A DNA stretch of 64,000 bases, taken from the NCBI GenBank assembly GCA_963575745.1, contig CAUYUJ010000001.1, forward strand, positions 3,100,001-3,164,000. The letters run 5' to 3'. Shown in pieces: positions 38,600 to 50,784 of the stretch (within the stretch, counting starts at the first letter, position 1; each line of letters opens with the position of its first letter). The DNA is from Prorocentrum cordatum (taxonomy: Eukaryota). The notes beneath the pieces are model-generated. The model searched no databases. It saw only the letters and a program-made list of their open reading frames with translations, and was not told where the DNA came from. The translations under genes were made by a program, and so were the position numbers.

Positions 38600-40646
38600 A
38601 TCCGAGTTTCACGTTGCGTGCCTTGATTGCCCTGGCGTTGCGGCTGTGCGCGAGGCTGTGCGTAGCTTCCTTTCCGGTCCTGGGGTGCGTGGGCTCACCC
38701 CGTTGGATCGCCTAACTTGGGTATTGCAGTTGCCGTCGTGTGACGAACTGCCAGAGGTTCCCGCTGCAATCGCGGAACCTCTCCACCAGTCGCTCTGCCT
38801 GAACGGGCGCAGTTTGGCCGAGGCCCGCGCTGAGGGCCTCGAGCACTGGCGCCGGCGCAAGCGTGTGCTGGGCCCGCTTTGGGCGCGCAAGTTCGGGGTT
38901 GCCCGCGCGCGTCCAGGGCGTCCTCGGCCCGAAGAAGAATTAGCTTGTGCTGGCCGAGATGCTCGAGGCAATGAGCTGGTCTGACGCCCGGCTCGTTGTG
39001 GACCTGCAGGGCGGCTTCCCACTTCTGGGCCCAGTCCCACGCAGCGGAGCCCCCCCCGAGCATTCCTTTTCCCGAGTGTGCCGAAACAGCAGCTGCGCCG
39101 CGGGATCGGGCGCGCTCTCTCTCAACTCTGAAACGCTGCGCCGCGCGCGGCGGCCTGCCGCTGTGGAGCAGTTGGTCCAGGCAGTGTTTCATTAGAAATG
39201 TCAACGGGAGGTCAGCGATGGTCGCGCTTGGTGGCGCCCTCTGCGTGGCACGTGCGCCCTCGCTGCAAGGTTTCCGGCAGGGGGGCTGCCTCGAGGGGGG
39301 TCCGCTGCATCGGCGATTTGGCGGCGTCGCATATAAATGCAGTTGTTTCCGTAGGCGAAGCTGTCCAGCACGACAGTTTATATTTGTTCGTGGCAGTCTT
39401 CTGCGAAGCTATTCTCGCAGGCGCTGGCGGGGCCGCGCTTCGCAGGGGGGATTTCGTGAATGCTTTCAAAGCGCTCCCACTTGCGAGCTCGCACTTGCAG
39501 TTTGCTGTTGTTGCCTGGGCTGCGGCCGAGTCGCGTGGTCAAGGGCATCAGCTTTTGGCGTGGCCCTTTGGCGCGGCCGCCTCTGTCTGCAACTGGGGAA
39601 GATTTGGCGCGGCTGTCCGCGCCATTCTGGCCGGGCTGTTTCACGTTGTGTTTCTCCGCTTCGTGGGCGACCTTTTCGGGGCCGACCCAGTCTTGGTAGG
39701 GGCGCCGCGTTTGGGCGCGCCAGCAGGCGCCAGCGACGTGGCGTGCGAGGTTGTCGCGGGCTTGCCTGGGCGGCAGCTGGGCGGTTCAAGCGGGTGTCTA
39801 CCGCCGCCTCTGCGCAAATGCTGGGAGTGGATTGCGAGATTGTTCAGGGCTGTCGCGCCGTGCGCTGGTCGATTGGCCTCGAAAAGCCTGCGCGGTGGAG
39901 CGCGCAAATTCGTGCCATTTTAGGCCAGGGCGCGATGTCTCCAGCGGAAGCCAAGAAATTGGCCGGCCGGCCGACTCAGCTGGGGGTCGTCAGCAGTGTT
40001 TGGTCGCGCGGCCAGAGTGCACCTTGCTCCTCTTTTCAAGCGCGCCACGGGGCGCGGCTCCAAGCTTTCGGGCCTTGTTGCTCGCGCGCTGCGGTGGTGG
40101 CTTCGCTTTCTCGAGTGCGTTCCGCCCCGGAATGTGCTGTGCGCGAGGCCAGCGGCTCGCGTTCGCTGCGTGGTGTATTCGGACGCCACAGGAAGTGGCA
40201 ATGTTGCATGGACCCTCTGCCTTCCTGGCGCGCGCCTGTGTTCGGCTGCCACTGTGCCCGAACCGGCGTGGAAATGGGCCCGCCACCGCAGGAATCAGGT
40301 GGCCGCGTGGGAACTGCTCGCCGCAATTTGCGCGATCAATTTCCTCCTCGGCCAGAACTTGGGCGAGCTCGAGGTGTTGCTTTTTGTGGGCAGCACTGTG
40401 GCCCCCGGCACTTTGATCCGAAGGTCGTCTAGGCAGTCCGATTGGAACGATCTGATCGGCGACCTGTGGCTTCGAATCGCCCGCGCCGGCGCGCCCCTCC
40501 ATCGTTTTTTTGTTCCCAGCCACCCGGGCGTGGCAGATGCGCCGACCAGGCCGGAAGGCAAGGCCGCAGCGCTGGAAGCGATGCGGGCCGCAGCTTTTCG
40601 CCGCGCCGCATGGGCGGCGCCCCGCGATGCGCCGTGGCCGCAGTGA
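38600..40646 (+). pseudogene. Reverse transcriptase-RNase H of the YR retrotransposon
   Basis: VRCIGDL, GDFVNAFKALP, WPFGAAASVCNW, FVGDLFG (mutated YVDD); RNase H VYSDATG, QVAAWELLA, VPSHPGVADAPTR. Confidence 0.85.
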
Positions 40647-41041
40647 GGCTGTGAATCAGAGAATGGGCGCCATGGAAAAATCATGTGTTCTATCTGCGTG
40701 CTCTTGTCGTCTCTGCCCTGTGGTGGCGTGTTCTGCCCTTGGGTGCATCGGGGCCTCCCGAAACCAGGTCGCTGGTTGGGGCGCGGCAGTGTCCAGGTTG
40801 TGGTTTGGGCGTTGGCTGCGTTCCGGGTGCCGATTTGGGCGGACCCCGCCCGTGGGCGTGGTTTGGGGCGCGTTCTTCTCTGGGTTCCGGGGGCGTGGTC
40901 GCTGTGGATTTGCCATTTGGGCGTCCAATCCGTGCATCTCGTGCTTGGTTTGCAGATTGGGGCGAGTCATGGTTGCGTCGCTAACGCGCGGCCTGTCCGT
41001 CATCGCCGCAGCGCGTCGAATCTGTAGCAGCTTGGCCCAAT

Positions 41042-42750
41042 ATGCTCAAATTCGTCGAGCAGAGCCGGGCTGGCGCCGCTGGGGGCTCAGATGGTGCAGC
41101 GGGCGCCCCTTCGGGCTCGCGTTCGGCGGCTCCGTCTGCAGGTTTGTCTACGTTATTGGGGCGAGCGGCTGCTGTTTCCAAGACCGACGTTGACGCGACC
41201 TCGCTGTGCAGCCGGCTTCAGGAGGCAGGCGTAGCAGCTTGGCCCAATGTGCTCAATTTTCTCGAGCAGAGCCGGGCCGGCGTCGCTGGGAGCTCGGTTG
41301 CTGCAGCGGGCGGCCCTTCGGACTCGCGTTCGGCGGCTCCGTTTGTAGGTTTGCCCACGCTGTTGGGACGAGCGGCTGCTGTTTCCAGGGCCGTCGTGGA
41401 CGTGACATCGCTGTGCAGCCGGTTTCAGGAGGCAGGTGTTTCGAACAGTGATGATTTCCGTTGTATTTCTGTGCAGGAAGCAATTCTTATTTGGGCACCT
41501 TTGGTCACCTCTCCCGAGTCGTTCGTTCGTGCGCTGGTTGACTTGTTCAGCCCTGCAGCGCGAGTTGCAGCGCCCCAGGGTACTAGTGGGGCAGGTGTCC
41601 AGTCGGGTTCCCCTCCTGGTCGCCAGGGCGCAGCAGGCCCGCGTGCACCGCCTGCGGCGCCTGAGTCCAGGGCGACAGCTGAGGCTGCGCTTCGATTGCG
41701 TGCTGTGACGCGTGCTTCTGGGCAGATTCCTGACCCAGAGGCCCTCGCGAAAGCGATTCTTGCATTGGCGAAGTATGATTGTGGGCCGCGCGTGCTCCCG
41801 ACGAAGACGCCGCGCGCGGAGCTCTTGCAGGCCCACTTGGGGCCAACGGCGCTGGCTGGGCAGGCAGTTTGGGTGGAATTCTGCGGGTGGAAGCCAGTGC
41901 TCCTGGCATCGCGTCGGCGGTTCGCCTCTACGGGCAGGCAGCGCGTGCTTGCGGGGGCCGCCCGTGGCCTCCCACGCAGGTGGCGCTGGTTTGCTGTGTT
42001 GGATTATTTCGCAGCGCGGCTTCGTTGAGCCATTACTTGTCGCATCTCCGCGCAGTACTTTCGTGGCTGAGGTGCCGGGTCGGGCCACTGGCGGACGCGG
42101 CTCGAGTGGTTCGAGGCGCGGAAAAGGCAGAGCGAGCACAGTGGAGGCTGCGGGTGCGAGCTTCGGCTGGGGAGACGAGAGCCCTCGCCTGGTGGTGATA
42201 GGTGGTGCGTCAGTATCGGTTTCCCAATGCTGGGCGATTCCTGGGCTGTCGCCCGGCATTTCTGCTTGCGCTACGGCGAGGTGCTCCAGAACGGGACCGA
42301 CCGCGCCCCTGTCCGCGTCGGCGCAGCACCAGGCGGGCGCCGCCACTTTTGCATCATTTTCATGCAGAGAAAGTGTTTCTCGGAGCCTGTGGAGGTCACG
42401 CGAACCTGCATCTGCAAACTGCAGGGTCGCGCCCTCTGTGGCGTTTGCGTCGTGGTCGGGCTGCGTCGCGACGCACAGGGTCCCAACATTTTCTCGGGCA
42501 TTGCTTGCGCTGGAAGCTTGGGGGTTCTCAAGATTGCCGCCGGCGCGTGCGGCTTTGCAAGCGCAGCGTCCTGGGGCGCCCGCGCCTTCCGGCGGGGCTG
42601 GGCTACAGAGTGCCTGCACTCAGGTGGCCCGCCTGCTGTGTTCTATTCTGGCGGCTGGCGCGCGTATTGACCTCATTCGCGTGCGCTTCCGCGCGCGCCA
42701 GGGGGGCCGTTGCGGCGGCAGAGTTCCATGTCGACCATTCTGAGTCGTCA
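41042..42750 (+). pseudogene. Tyrosine recombinase ORF of the YR retrotransposon (stops and frameshifts)
   Basis: FCLRYGEVL (box I Arg), TCIC..LCGVC, WGARAFRRGWA (box II HxxR position) and GGWR..Y. Confidence 0.8.
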
Positions 42751-45441
42751 GAAGCTGGCAAGTGAAAAGCTCCCGCTCGCACTGGGCCCAAATATCTTCA
42801 CAGTCGCTTCGCGCAGCTGCGGGTCCCTGCCTGGGTGCACTGGGCCATTCTGGACCTCCCAGGTCAAGGCCCGCCAGCTGCACGATCCCGTTCCGCACTC
42901 AGTACGTGCGGGAGCGCGGGCAGCCTAATGCTGCGACGGTGAATTTCCGTCGCTTTAGATTGCGCAGCCATTTGGGGGGCAGGGAAATTTGAGCAGCGGG
43001 CATGTGGTGCATTTTGCCACGTGTTGCCTCATTGCCTATTGGCCTTCTTGCTAGTGGGTTCACACCCGTGGGCGCTCCCAAAGCGGGACTGCGGATCCGT
43101 GTGTGGGGGGGTCCCGTTGGGGTCTCTGCGGGGCCTCCCTGGCGCCCTGCTGGTCTCTGTCGGGTCCCTTCTGTGCTCCGCGCCTTGGGCTGCGTTGCTG
43201 CCAGTGGAAGTCGGCGTGGGGATGCCGCGCTCCTCCCTCATCCTGGTTGGTTGGTTGATTGGCGCGCCTTTGTGCGTGTGCCGGCGGCGCGAAGCCGCTC
43301 GGAGTGCGTCTGGGTGCGGCCTGGTGCACGGCGTTGTCGCATTCTTGCCCGCCCTCTCCACCCTGTGCTGTGCGCCGCTGGCGCGGCACAGCTGCTGCAA
43401 TTGGGGGGGCCCCCTACGCTATCCGCGTTCCGCTGGCTCGGGCCACTCTGGAATTCCCAGGTCAAGGCCCGCCAGCTGCACGATCCCGTTCTGCCCTCAG
43501 TGCATGCGGGAGCGCGGGCAGCCTAAAGCTGCGACGGTAGATTTCCCAAGGCGATCCACCTCGAAAGCGCTCTCTTCTAGTTTGGGCAATCCCCTTCGGG
43601 AGGTAGAGGATTGAACTCTTTGGGCGCCCTTGGGGCGCCATTGGGCGCTCAGGGGGCCGATTTGGGGCCTTATTCGAGCATTCGAGGGGCTCTCCTAGCC
43701 GATACTGGCGACATCGCGAGGCTTCAGAGGCCCATTGGAAGCGAAAGTGCGAGAAGGCACATACACATGGAACCGCCTTATGCCACCATCCGAATTGGTC
43801 GCCTGTGATTTCTCGTGGCTCGATGCTCCTCTGCCGTGACCGTCTCGTGGGGGTTGTTTGTGGGATGTCGATCAGGTGAGTCGTGGCCCGTGGTCATCTC
43901 TGGGCTCATGGCCTCGTGGCCCTCTCGTGTGGGTGGCGTGTGAAGGTTTGATGCGGTTCACGGGCGTGGTCGTCTCAACGGTGGAGCCGGTAGCTTGTTG
44001 GCGTCTCTTCCAGGATTACGATTTTGTGTTCAAGCTTGATACATCGACCGAGAGGGAATGAGGTTGTGCGAGAGGGAAAGAGAAATAAAGAGAGAGAGAG
44101 AGAGAAATACAGAGTGCGAACAGCGGTGAATCAGGTGAGCAGGCTTTCAGCCATGCGAAGTACCGACGCGTTAATCATCCTCGCGAACGCCGTCGTGGAC
44201 TGCTGTTGTGAAGTGCGTATGTAAGGGTGAGGCATAGACCATGGTATCAGGATTGGGGGCTGTTGTCTGGTCTGCAGCCTTGAAGAGGCCTGGGTTGGGT
44301 CAGAACATAGAGCAAAGGAAGGGGCAGGAGATTGAATATCATAGTGGAACCAGCACACACACATCACTGCTGCTCAAATGCCAACGCGCAGGCCCAGACT
44401 GCTCAGAGGAAAGATGATTGGATTGCGGGGCATGCGTTCGAAATGGTCCACGGAGAGTTTTTTCAAGAAGTTGACAGGAGCGATTTGGTCACCGTCACGA
44501 ATTGCTGCTTCCCCGCAGTGGGACCAGCATCCTTGAAAAACCCTGGGCGCTCGATGCTCGATTCTCGAACCTCCTCCTCGTCCTCCTACTCCTCCTTCCC
44601 CGTCCTCCCCGATGCTCCCCAACGAGTCGAGGAAGCCTTCGTTGGCACAGGGAGGGCCGGGATGGGTGCCCACACAGCTGAGCTTCGCGGTACAGGTCCT
44701 CTTCACCCGAGTCCCTCCCTCTCTACTCGAGTCCTTTTCCAGGGGCCCTCCTCACTGGGGCCCTCTTCGCCAGGGGCCTTCTTGCTGGGTCCCTTTTCGC
44801 CAGGGCCCTCTTCGCTTCGAACCGCTTCGGCGCGAGCTGGGCGGGCGGGCGGACCTTACAGGGCGGGCGGATCCTAATAGGCGGCGGGACGTTCACGCGG
44901 GCGGGCGAGCGGGCGGACCCGAACGCGCGGTCGGACGCACTCTAACGGGCGGCCGGGTGGGCGGGCAGACCCCAGCGGGCAAGCGGCGGGCGGGCAAGGT
45001 AAAGAGGGCCCCCAGCGAAGAAGGGACTTTGGCTGAATAATTAGGGCCTCCCCCGGCCTCGCCGAGGCCTCTGGAGCGGTGGCGGGTTGGCCTCGATCGT
45101 CCCCTCGTGGCCCTGGTGCTCGGGCGCGAGTGGCAGCGGGGGGAGGCGGGGGTGGCAGCGTGGGTAGGGAGGGGAGGAAGGGGCGGCATGGAGGGATGTA
45201 GAGGTGTGCTAGGGAGGGAGGGGCGGAGAGGGAGGGGGAGGGAGGGCGTGGTGCGATCGAGTGCAGATCGCGTGTCAAGCGGAGAGTGATGGACCCGATA
45301 GTCAGATCTGTGGGAGTGTTGTGTGCAAGAGAGGGTCAGCGAACCACCCGGAGGGGCCACTGGGCTTTCTGCCTCCCTCCCCGGTGGGGCAGTCTGGGCG
45401 TCTCGCCTGAGGCTTCCTCAGGTCTGGAGCTCCAGGCGTTA

Positions 45442-45624
45442 TGTCGGGCGTGTCCCCCTACAGGGGGATTTTCGACGAAAAATAAAAAATACCGAGAATA
45501 CACCAAAAGGTCAAAAAATAACAAACAAGTAGTCCCCGGACTATGTTTTGATTATTTTTTGATTATTTTTGGGGTATTTTTTTTTTTCGTCGAAAATCCC
45601 CTTGTATAGGGGACAGGCCCGACT
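45442..45624. mobile_element. MITE family C copy 2
   Basis: gtcgggcgtgtccccctacagggggatttt ... aaaatccccttgtataggggacaggcccgact. Confidence 0.85.
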
Positions 45625-46140
45625 TAATCCAAGCGTCACACGGATTGATGGAACGTCTTTCCCGAGTGTTTCTCGCCAGAGATTTCCCAGCATTTTCTGG
45701 ATCTTCCTCGGGGGAAGTCGGACAGTAGATTCTGTTTGAGGACTCGCCGCGTTTCAATATCTGGCCCGTGCCTGATGATTCCTTACATTTGATGATTGCA
45801 CCTGGGAGGGTACATGTCATGAATCTCGTTCAAGTGGCTTGCTCCATCCGCCGACTCCCAGAGCTTGCGACGGTCGTGGAAGTTATCGAAGACGCCCAGG
45901 GCGAATCACCACCGCCCCCTGCCTTTTGGAATCGCCCATGTGGCCGAACATTGTGGCCAGAGCTCTGCCAAGCTATTCGATCATGTGCTTCCCCAGCCGT
46001 TGTGGACACCGTTTGGCGAACACGCGGGGGAGAAAGAAAAAGCGGAGGAGAGGGAGGAGCAGTAGAGAGTAAGCTGAGGATGATGAGGAGGAAGAGGAGG
46101 CGGAGGAGGAGGAGGAGGAGGAGGAGGACGAGGAGGAGGA

Positions 46141-46324
46141 AGTCGAGAACATGGCCCTGGACCCCCTCCCCGACGGCGACGGCACAGCGGCGTGACCGCC
46201 GCTGCTGTGGCTCAAGGCCACACGCAGGACGCGTGCGCGGGGTGCACGCGTGGGCCCGAGGGCCCTGGAGCAATTGCGAGGTGCACCGAGGGCACTTCGA
46301 GCGGGGAAAGGACGCCCCGCGACT
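46141..46324 (+). repeat. 5' LTR (184 bp, AGTCG...CGACT)
   Basis: Direct repeat of 56407-56590. Confidence 0.93.
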
Positions 46325-46336
46325 TGGTAGCGGAGC
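46325..46336 (+). promoter_or_regulatory. Primer binding site, probably initiator tRNA-Met
   Basis: TGGTAGCGGAGC directly after the 5' LTR; TGGTAGC is complementary to the GCUACCA 3' end of many eukaryotic initiator tRNAs. Confidence 0.8.
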
Positions 46337-46571
46337 CCTGGTCCACTTCGGGCTAGGGCTCAGCGCTGCCACTGCGCGGCAGCCGGAGGAGTCCGGCTTC
46401 AAGCGGGTCATCGAGGTGACCCACGGGGCAGAGGCGGTCTTCATCGAGGTGAAGTACGACCACTCCGCAGACTACGATATCCGCTACGACAGCTTCAGTA
46501 CTGGACAGCTTCGGTACGAGAAGTATTCCGTATCACTGGCGTGAGCTTGCTCACAGACTACGTACACCCGA

Positions 46572-48212
46572 TTGTTTGGCGAGATGGAGCACCTACATCT
46601 CGAGGTTATGGGCAGCCTCAAGGTCCCGCCGGCGTGGAGCCCAGAACAGGGCAGACAGTACCCCTTCAGATTCTGGTTGACGGATGTGACGATGTGGGCG
46701 GCGGCGGCGGCGAGAGAGGTCATGCCCGAACAGCAAGCTCCAGCAGTTGCGCCACGACTCGGAGGCGCAGCAAGGAGCTTGGCGAGAGATATTCCACTGG
46801 GACAGCTACGATATGGAGCGATAGCAGACCCAGGCGATGGAGCAGGAGCGCGACAACTCACAGGACTGCAGCTCTTGCTGCTCGTTCTTTCTAGATCGTT
46901 TGCCCCGCTCGGTGACGAGAACGAGAGCAGGGCGACCTCAGACTTGCTGGGCTTCTACCGCAAGAGCTACGAGAACACAGACCAGACGCTCAGCAGGTTC
47001 GAGGTCACACGACGACGGTCAGCGGCTCTTGGAGGATTTCATATGGGACCACAGGGCTACGCTTGGATGTTGATGACGGCCCTGGGCTGTAGCCCTGCGG
47101 AGTGGAATGAGTTGCTGATCCACCTCAGAGGCCACTTGCCGAGGACAGAGCAGCAGTTCGCCGAGCTGGTTGAGTCCATTCGACGGTACGGACACGTTCT
47201 GGAGAAGGGGCCGATGTCGGTGAATCGAAGCAGCAAGGGCAAGGGCCACGGCCACTTCTTCTTTCCGACGTTCAACTTCGGCGGCGGCGACGGACATCAA
47301 GATGATCCAGCAGATGGCTACAGTGGCGGAGGCATGGCAGCATCGTGGGCCCCCTCGGCTCCCTGGACGCCTACCGCGGCAGTGCCGCCGGCGCCAGATC
47401 CATGGCAGGCCTGCTACGGCAACGAGTACGACGAGAACTACACGGATACCGATGACGACGACGGAGAGGGCCTGGACGGCTCGGATTTCCTTGGACAGAT
47501 CGGCCACGACGACGCGGTCATCCAACAGTACCTCTACCAGAACTACGTCTTTCATAAGAAGCGTTGGCGACGGTTTACAGGCAGACCTACGAGATTCCAC
47601 AGGTTCGGTAAAGGTAAGGGCGGAAATGGATCTCTGATCCCGTTTCGTGGAGGTGGAGCTTTCGGTCAACGTGGACAAGGTAAGGGCTACCACTTCGAAG
47701 GAAAAGGGCGACGAAATCCCACCGGACGTGACGGCAAGGTCATGAAGTGCCTCGCGAAGGGTTGCGAGAGCGAATTCCACCTAATCAAAGACTGCCCCCA
47801 CCGACAAGGCAAAGGGCAAGGAAAAGGCAATTTCGTCACGAACGGACCCCGGCCGGTGTCAGCGGCCTCGGCAGCGGTTCCATGGTTTGGATTCAACGAC
47901 GCCTCAGCCGCGTCGACGGCAGCGACGACAAGCAGCTCGGCCTACGGTTCTGGATCGGTGAGCTTCTTCGCCACGGAGGCAACCAAGAACGACAGCGAGC
48001 AGCAGGCGAGCGCGAGCGTGGAGGGCTCGCACGGCTTCGCCGGCGCGGTGATATCGCCAGTGCAGCCGAATGCCATTGAGGATAAGGCCCCGGAGTGGTT
48101 CGGGCCGAGACCGATGACGGAAGCATGGAGCCACCAACGACAGGATCGGCATTGTCCTCGAGCGGCGGGCCCTACTTATGTCACCGACCTTGGGGGCCGC
48201 CAAGTTCGGTGA
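46572..48212 (+). CDS. Gag-like ORF with zinc knuckle
   Basis: 546-aa open frame with KVPPAW and CLAKGCESEFHLIKDCP (C-x4-C-x4-H-x4-C knuckle variant). Confidence 0.85.
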   Translation: MFGEMEHLHLEVMGSLKVPPAWSPEQGRQYPFRFWLTDVTMWAAAAAREVMPEQQAPAVAPRLGGAARSLARDIPLGQLRYGAIADPGDGAGARQLTGLQLLLLVLSRSFAPLGDENESRATSDLLGFYRKSYENTDQTLSRFEVTRRRSAALGGFHMGPQGYAWMLMTALGCSPAEWNELLIHLRGHLPRTEQQFAELVESIRRYGHVLEKGPMSVNRSSKGKGHGHFFFPTFNFGGGDGHQDDPADGYSGGGMAASWAPSAPWTPTAAVPPAPDPWQACYGNEYDENYTDTDDDDGEGLDGSDFLGQIGHDDAVIQQYLYQNYVFHKKRWRRFTGRPTRFHRFGKGKGGNGSLIPFRGGGAFGQRGQGKGYHFEGKGRRNPTGRDGKVMKCLAKGCESEFHLIKDCPHRQGKGQGKGNFVTNGPRPVSAASAAVPWFGFNDASAASTAATTSSSAYGSGSVSFFATEATKNDSEQQASASVEGSHGFAGAVISPVQPNAIEDKAPEWFGPRPMTEAWSHQRQDRHCPRAAGPTYVTDLGGRQVR

Positions 48213-48859
48213 GATCACAGACGTGCCATCGGGGCCCACGTTTGGAATCGGACATATCTTGGGACTTTCATCGATAGTGGGCCCGCAGGATGAGGACGGA
48301 GATGGAGTGCCGGAGCCACCGACTGCTGAAGTTCCTCTCCCGAAGGCGACAGCGGGAATACCAGCGAAGGCACCTCCGATGGTATCGGAGATACTCGACA
48401 TCAAGAAGGCAGACGAGAAGCAGGACCCGTCTTCGATCAACATAGGCGGTTTGATCTTCAGCCCCGTTCCAGCGAACATGGTGACCCCCCAGAGCGCGAG
48501 CAGCGGAGTTCAGGATTCGGCGGCGAGCTGGGACAAGGTGTCGAGCGTGCCCGAGCAGCAGGTGGATTCGTCATCCTTCGACCTCGACGCCGAGAGCTTC
48601 TTTCAGCCTGGACATCCACATGAACGTGGGCGCCCAGAACTCCCGAGAGGAGCGGGCGAGATCGCCATTCCGGATGATGATGAATACACCGAGCATGACG
48701 GACAACACGAAGAAGCTGGAGAGACAACGACGGCCTGCAGATTCCTCAGGACAAGCACACAGGCGGAGTGGACTTCAGCGATGATCATGGAGGCTTCAAC
48801 GGTGTTGCCTGGACCCTGGGGGAGAACCGCGGGGGGACCTACCTGGGACACGAGCGCGC

Positions 48860-49320
48860 CCGGCTCGACGGTGGCGAGATGGGCGTCCTTGTGGACCCGG
48901 GAGCGCGCGGCAACCTCGTTGCAGAGCGCTGGGCGCGACAGCAAGCGGAGAAAGCCAAGCAATATCAGCACGACACGGAGAAGACCGAACTGCGAGAAGC
49001 CCTGGAAGTCAATGGAGTTGGACGAGGACCCGACTACTGCCACCGGCAATGGAAGATCCCCATCGGCACGCAGGAAATTTATCAGGAGGGCGATGGCAAC
49101 GGCAACCTGGACACGTACACGGCCCCCATCATTCCTTGAAGCGATGTTCCTGCGTTGCTGGGCAACAGTTCACTAAAGAAGCTCGATGCGATCTCGGAGT
49201 GCGGGCCTGGCATGCTACATCTATGCGGACCTGGACGCAGAGAGCTCGTTCTTCCAGCAGGGGCTCGCAGCTACAACCTGAAGGAAAGCAGAAGTGGCCA
49301 CTGGCTACTACCCTGTTCAC
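48860..49320 (+). pseudogene. Aspartic protease domain (one in-frame stop at 49137-49139)
   Basis: VLVDPGARGNLV active-site motif and SDVPALLGNSSL. Confidence 0.8.
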
Positions 49321-50784
49321 GATTCAGGGGGGCATCGACTTCCAGCGGCAATGCAGGATATCCTATCGACCGACTGCAACCTCACCCCGGGCGCTTGGAC
49401 TTCATGTGGGGCGATTTCCGGGGGGAGATGAGCGGCCTGGGCTTGGCGCTCAAGGAGATGTCGCAGCTGTGCGCCGAATGCAAGCAACGCGTGCAGAACA
49501 AGAGTTGGAATGGATTTCGACGCTCGCTGCAGGTGCATGGCATCTACAAGGAGTGTATTCCGAGCAAGAAGTGGGCCAGCATCAAGGAGATCTTCGGTGG
49601 CAAGAAGGAGAAGGAGGTGCGCTTCGAGGTGCTGCCGGATCCGGCAGCATCCTCGGGCCTTTGAAGGGGCAGGGCTCCGGCCGCGGCGGCCGGGGCAGCT
49701 GCCGAACGCCGTTCGGCGACGCCGCATCATCATTTTCACGCTCAAGTTCTTGGCCACCGTTTGGGATTGGCAACTACGATGCGCGCGGCGCGAGAAGGAG
49801 GACGGCCCGTGACACAGGTGATGGCCTACGACCAGGTGATAGGCAAGGAAGCGCGATATCTGAAACGACACCTCACCGAAGGACGCTTCCGGCTACTGTG
49901 GGCAGATCTACCAGGACGTCGAGGAGCTGAGCGAGGACAGCGACCACAACAGCGCTTGCGACTTCTTGAGGGCTGCGTGCGAGCGCAGGTTGCTGGGGGC
50001 GGAGACGCCGTGGTAGTTGCCGAGCGTGGGAGCTCTATGTGGGCGGACCCGACGATCTTGAAGCTCAGACGAGGTCCCCCACGAGGTGGAAATGAACTGG
50101 TGTTCTTTCGACGTGCAGTCTCTACCGGACGAGGCAGGATAACGGGGATGGAGTGACCGAGTAGACCGAGTCCAGCCTACGTTCACGGTTCGAGCCCAAC
50201 CATGTCAATGTCAAGGACAAGGACGTCGGCACAAGAGTGATTGGAGGAGCTCGTCCGGAAGCGACGAACGCAGACAACAGCGAGACGAACAGCGCGCACA
50301 GTATTTGGTGGCGATGTTTCGGGAGATCAACGACGCCCTCTTGCTAGAGGGTAACCGTTTACCGCCAGAGTCGAGAACTATGGAAGCGCCTGCGGGCGAG
50401 ACCAGGGCAGGCAACGATGGGAACTCCTACCCGACGGAGGCGAGGATGCGCGCGAAGATGAAGTCGCTGACCGACAAACCGAAGGAGGCCAAGAAGCAGA
50501 AGTTCGAGATCGAGAAGCACTTCGACGACTGCGGCGACAGTGCCAATGGCTTGGCCATGGACGACTCCCTTTTCGCTATCTATGAGGACACGGACATGTA
50601 CTCGGACGACGACGATTAAATTAACATGTTCGTGGGGGAGGAATTTGACGATGGCAACAGTTACGCATCATGCCTGCGGGGAGTTGCCGGAGATGACGGA
50701 GCAACCTGGTACGAAGGACCAGGAGTCAGGAAAGCAGCAAGCCTCTCTCACCTCACAGCTTACCTGGCGAAGGCGGCCTCCGGC

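Larger units (their letters stand above)
36036..43546 (+). mobile_element. Tyrosine-recombinase (DIRS order, PAT/Ngaro-like) retrotransposon with split direct repeats, decayed
   Basis: Repeat order A1 (36036-36194), ORFs, B1 (42842-42948), A2 (43204-43344), B2 (43440-43546); gag-like, RT/RNase H and YR regions in that order. Confidence 0.88.
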
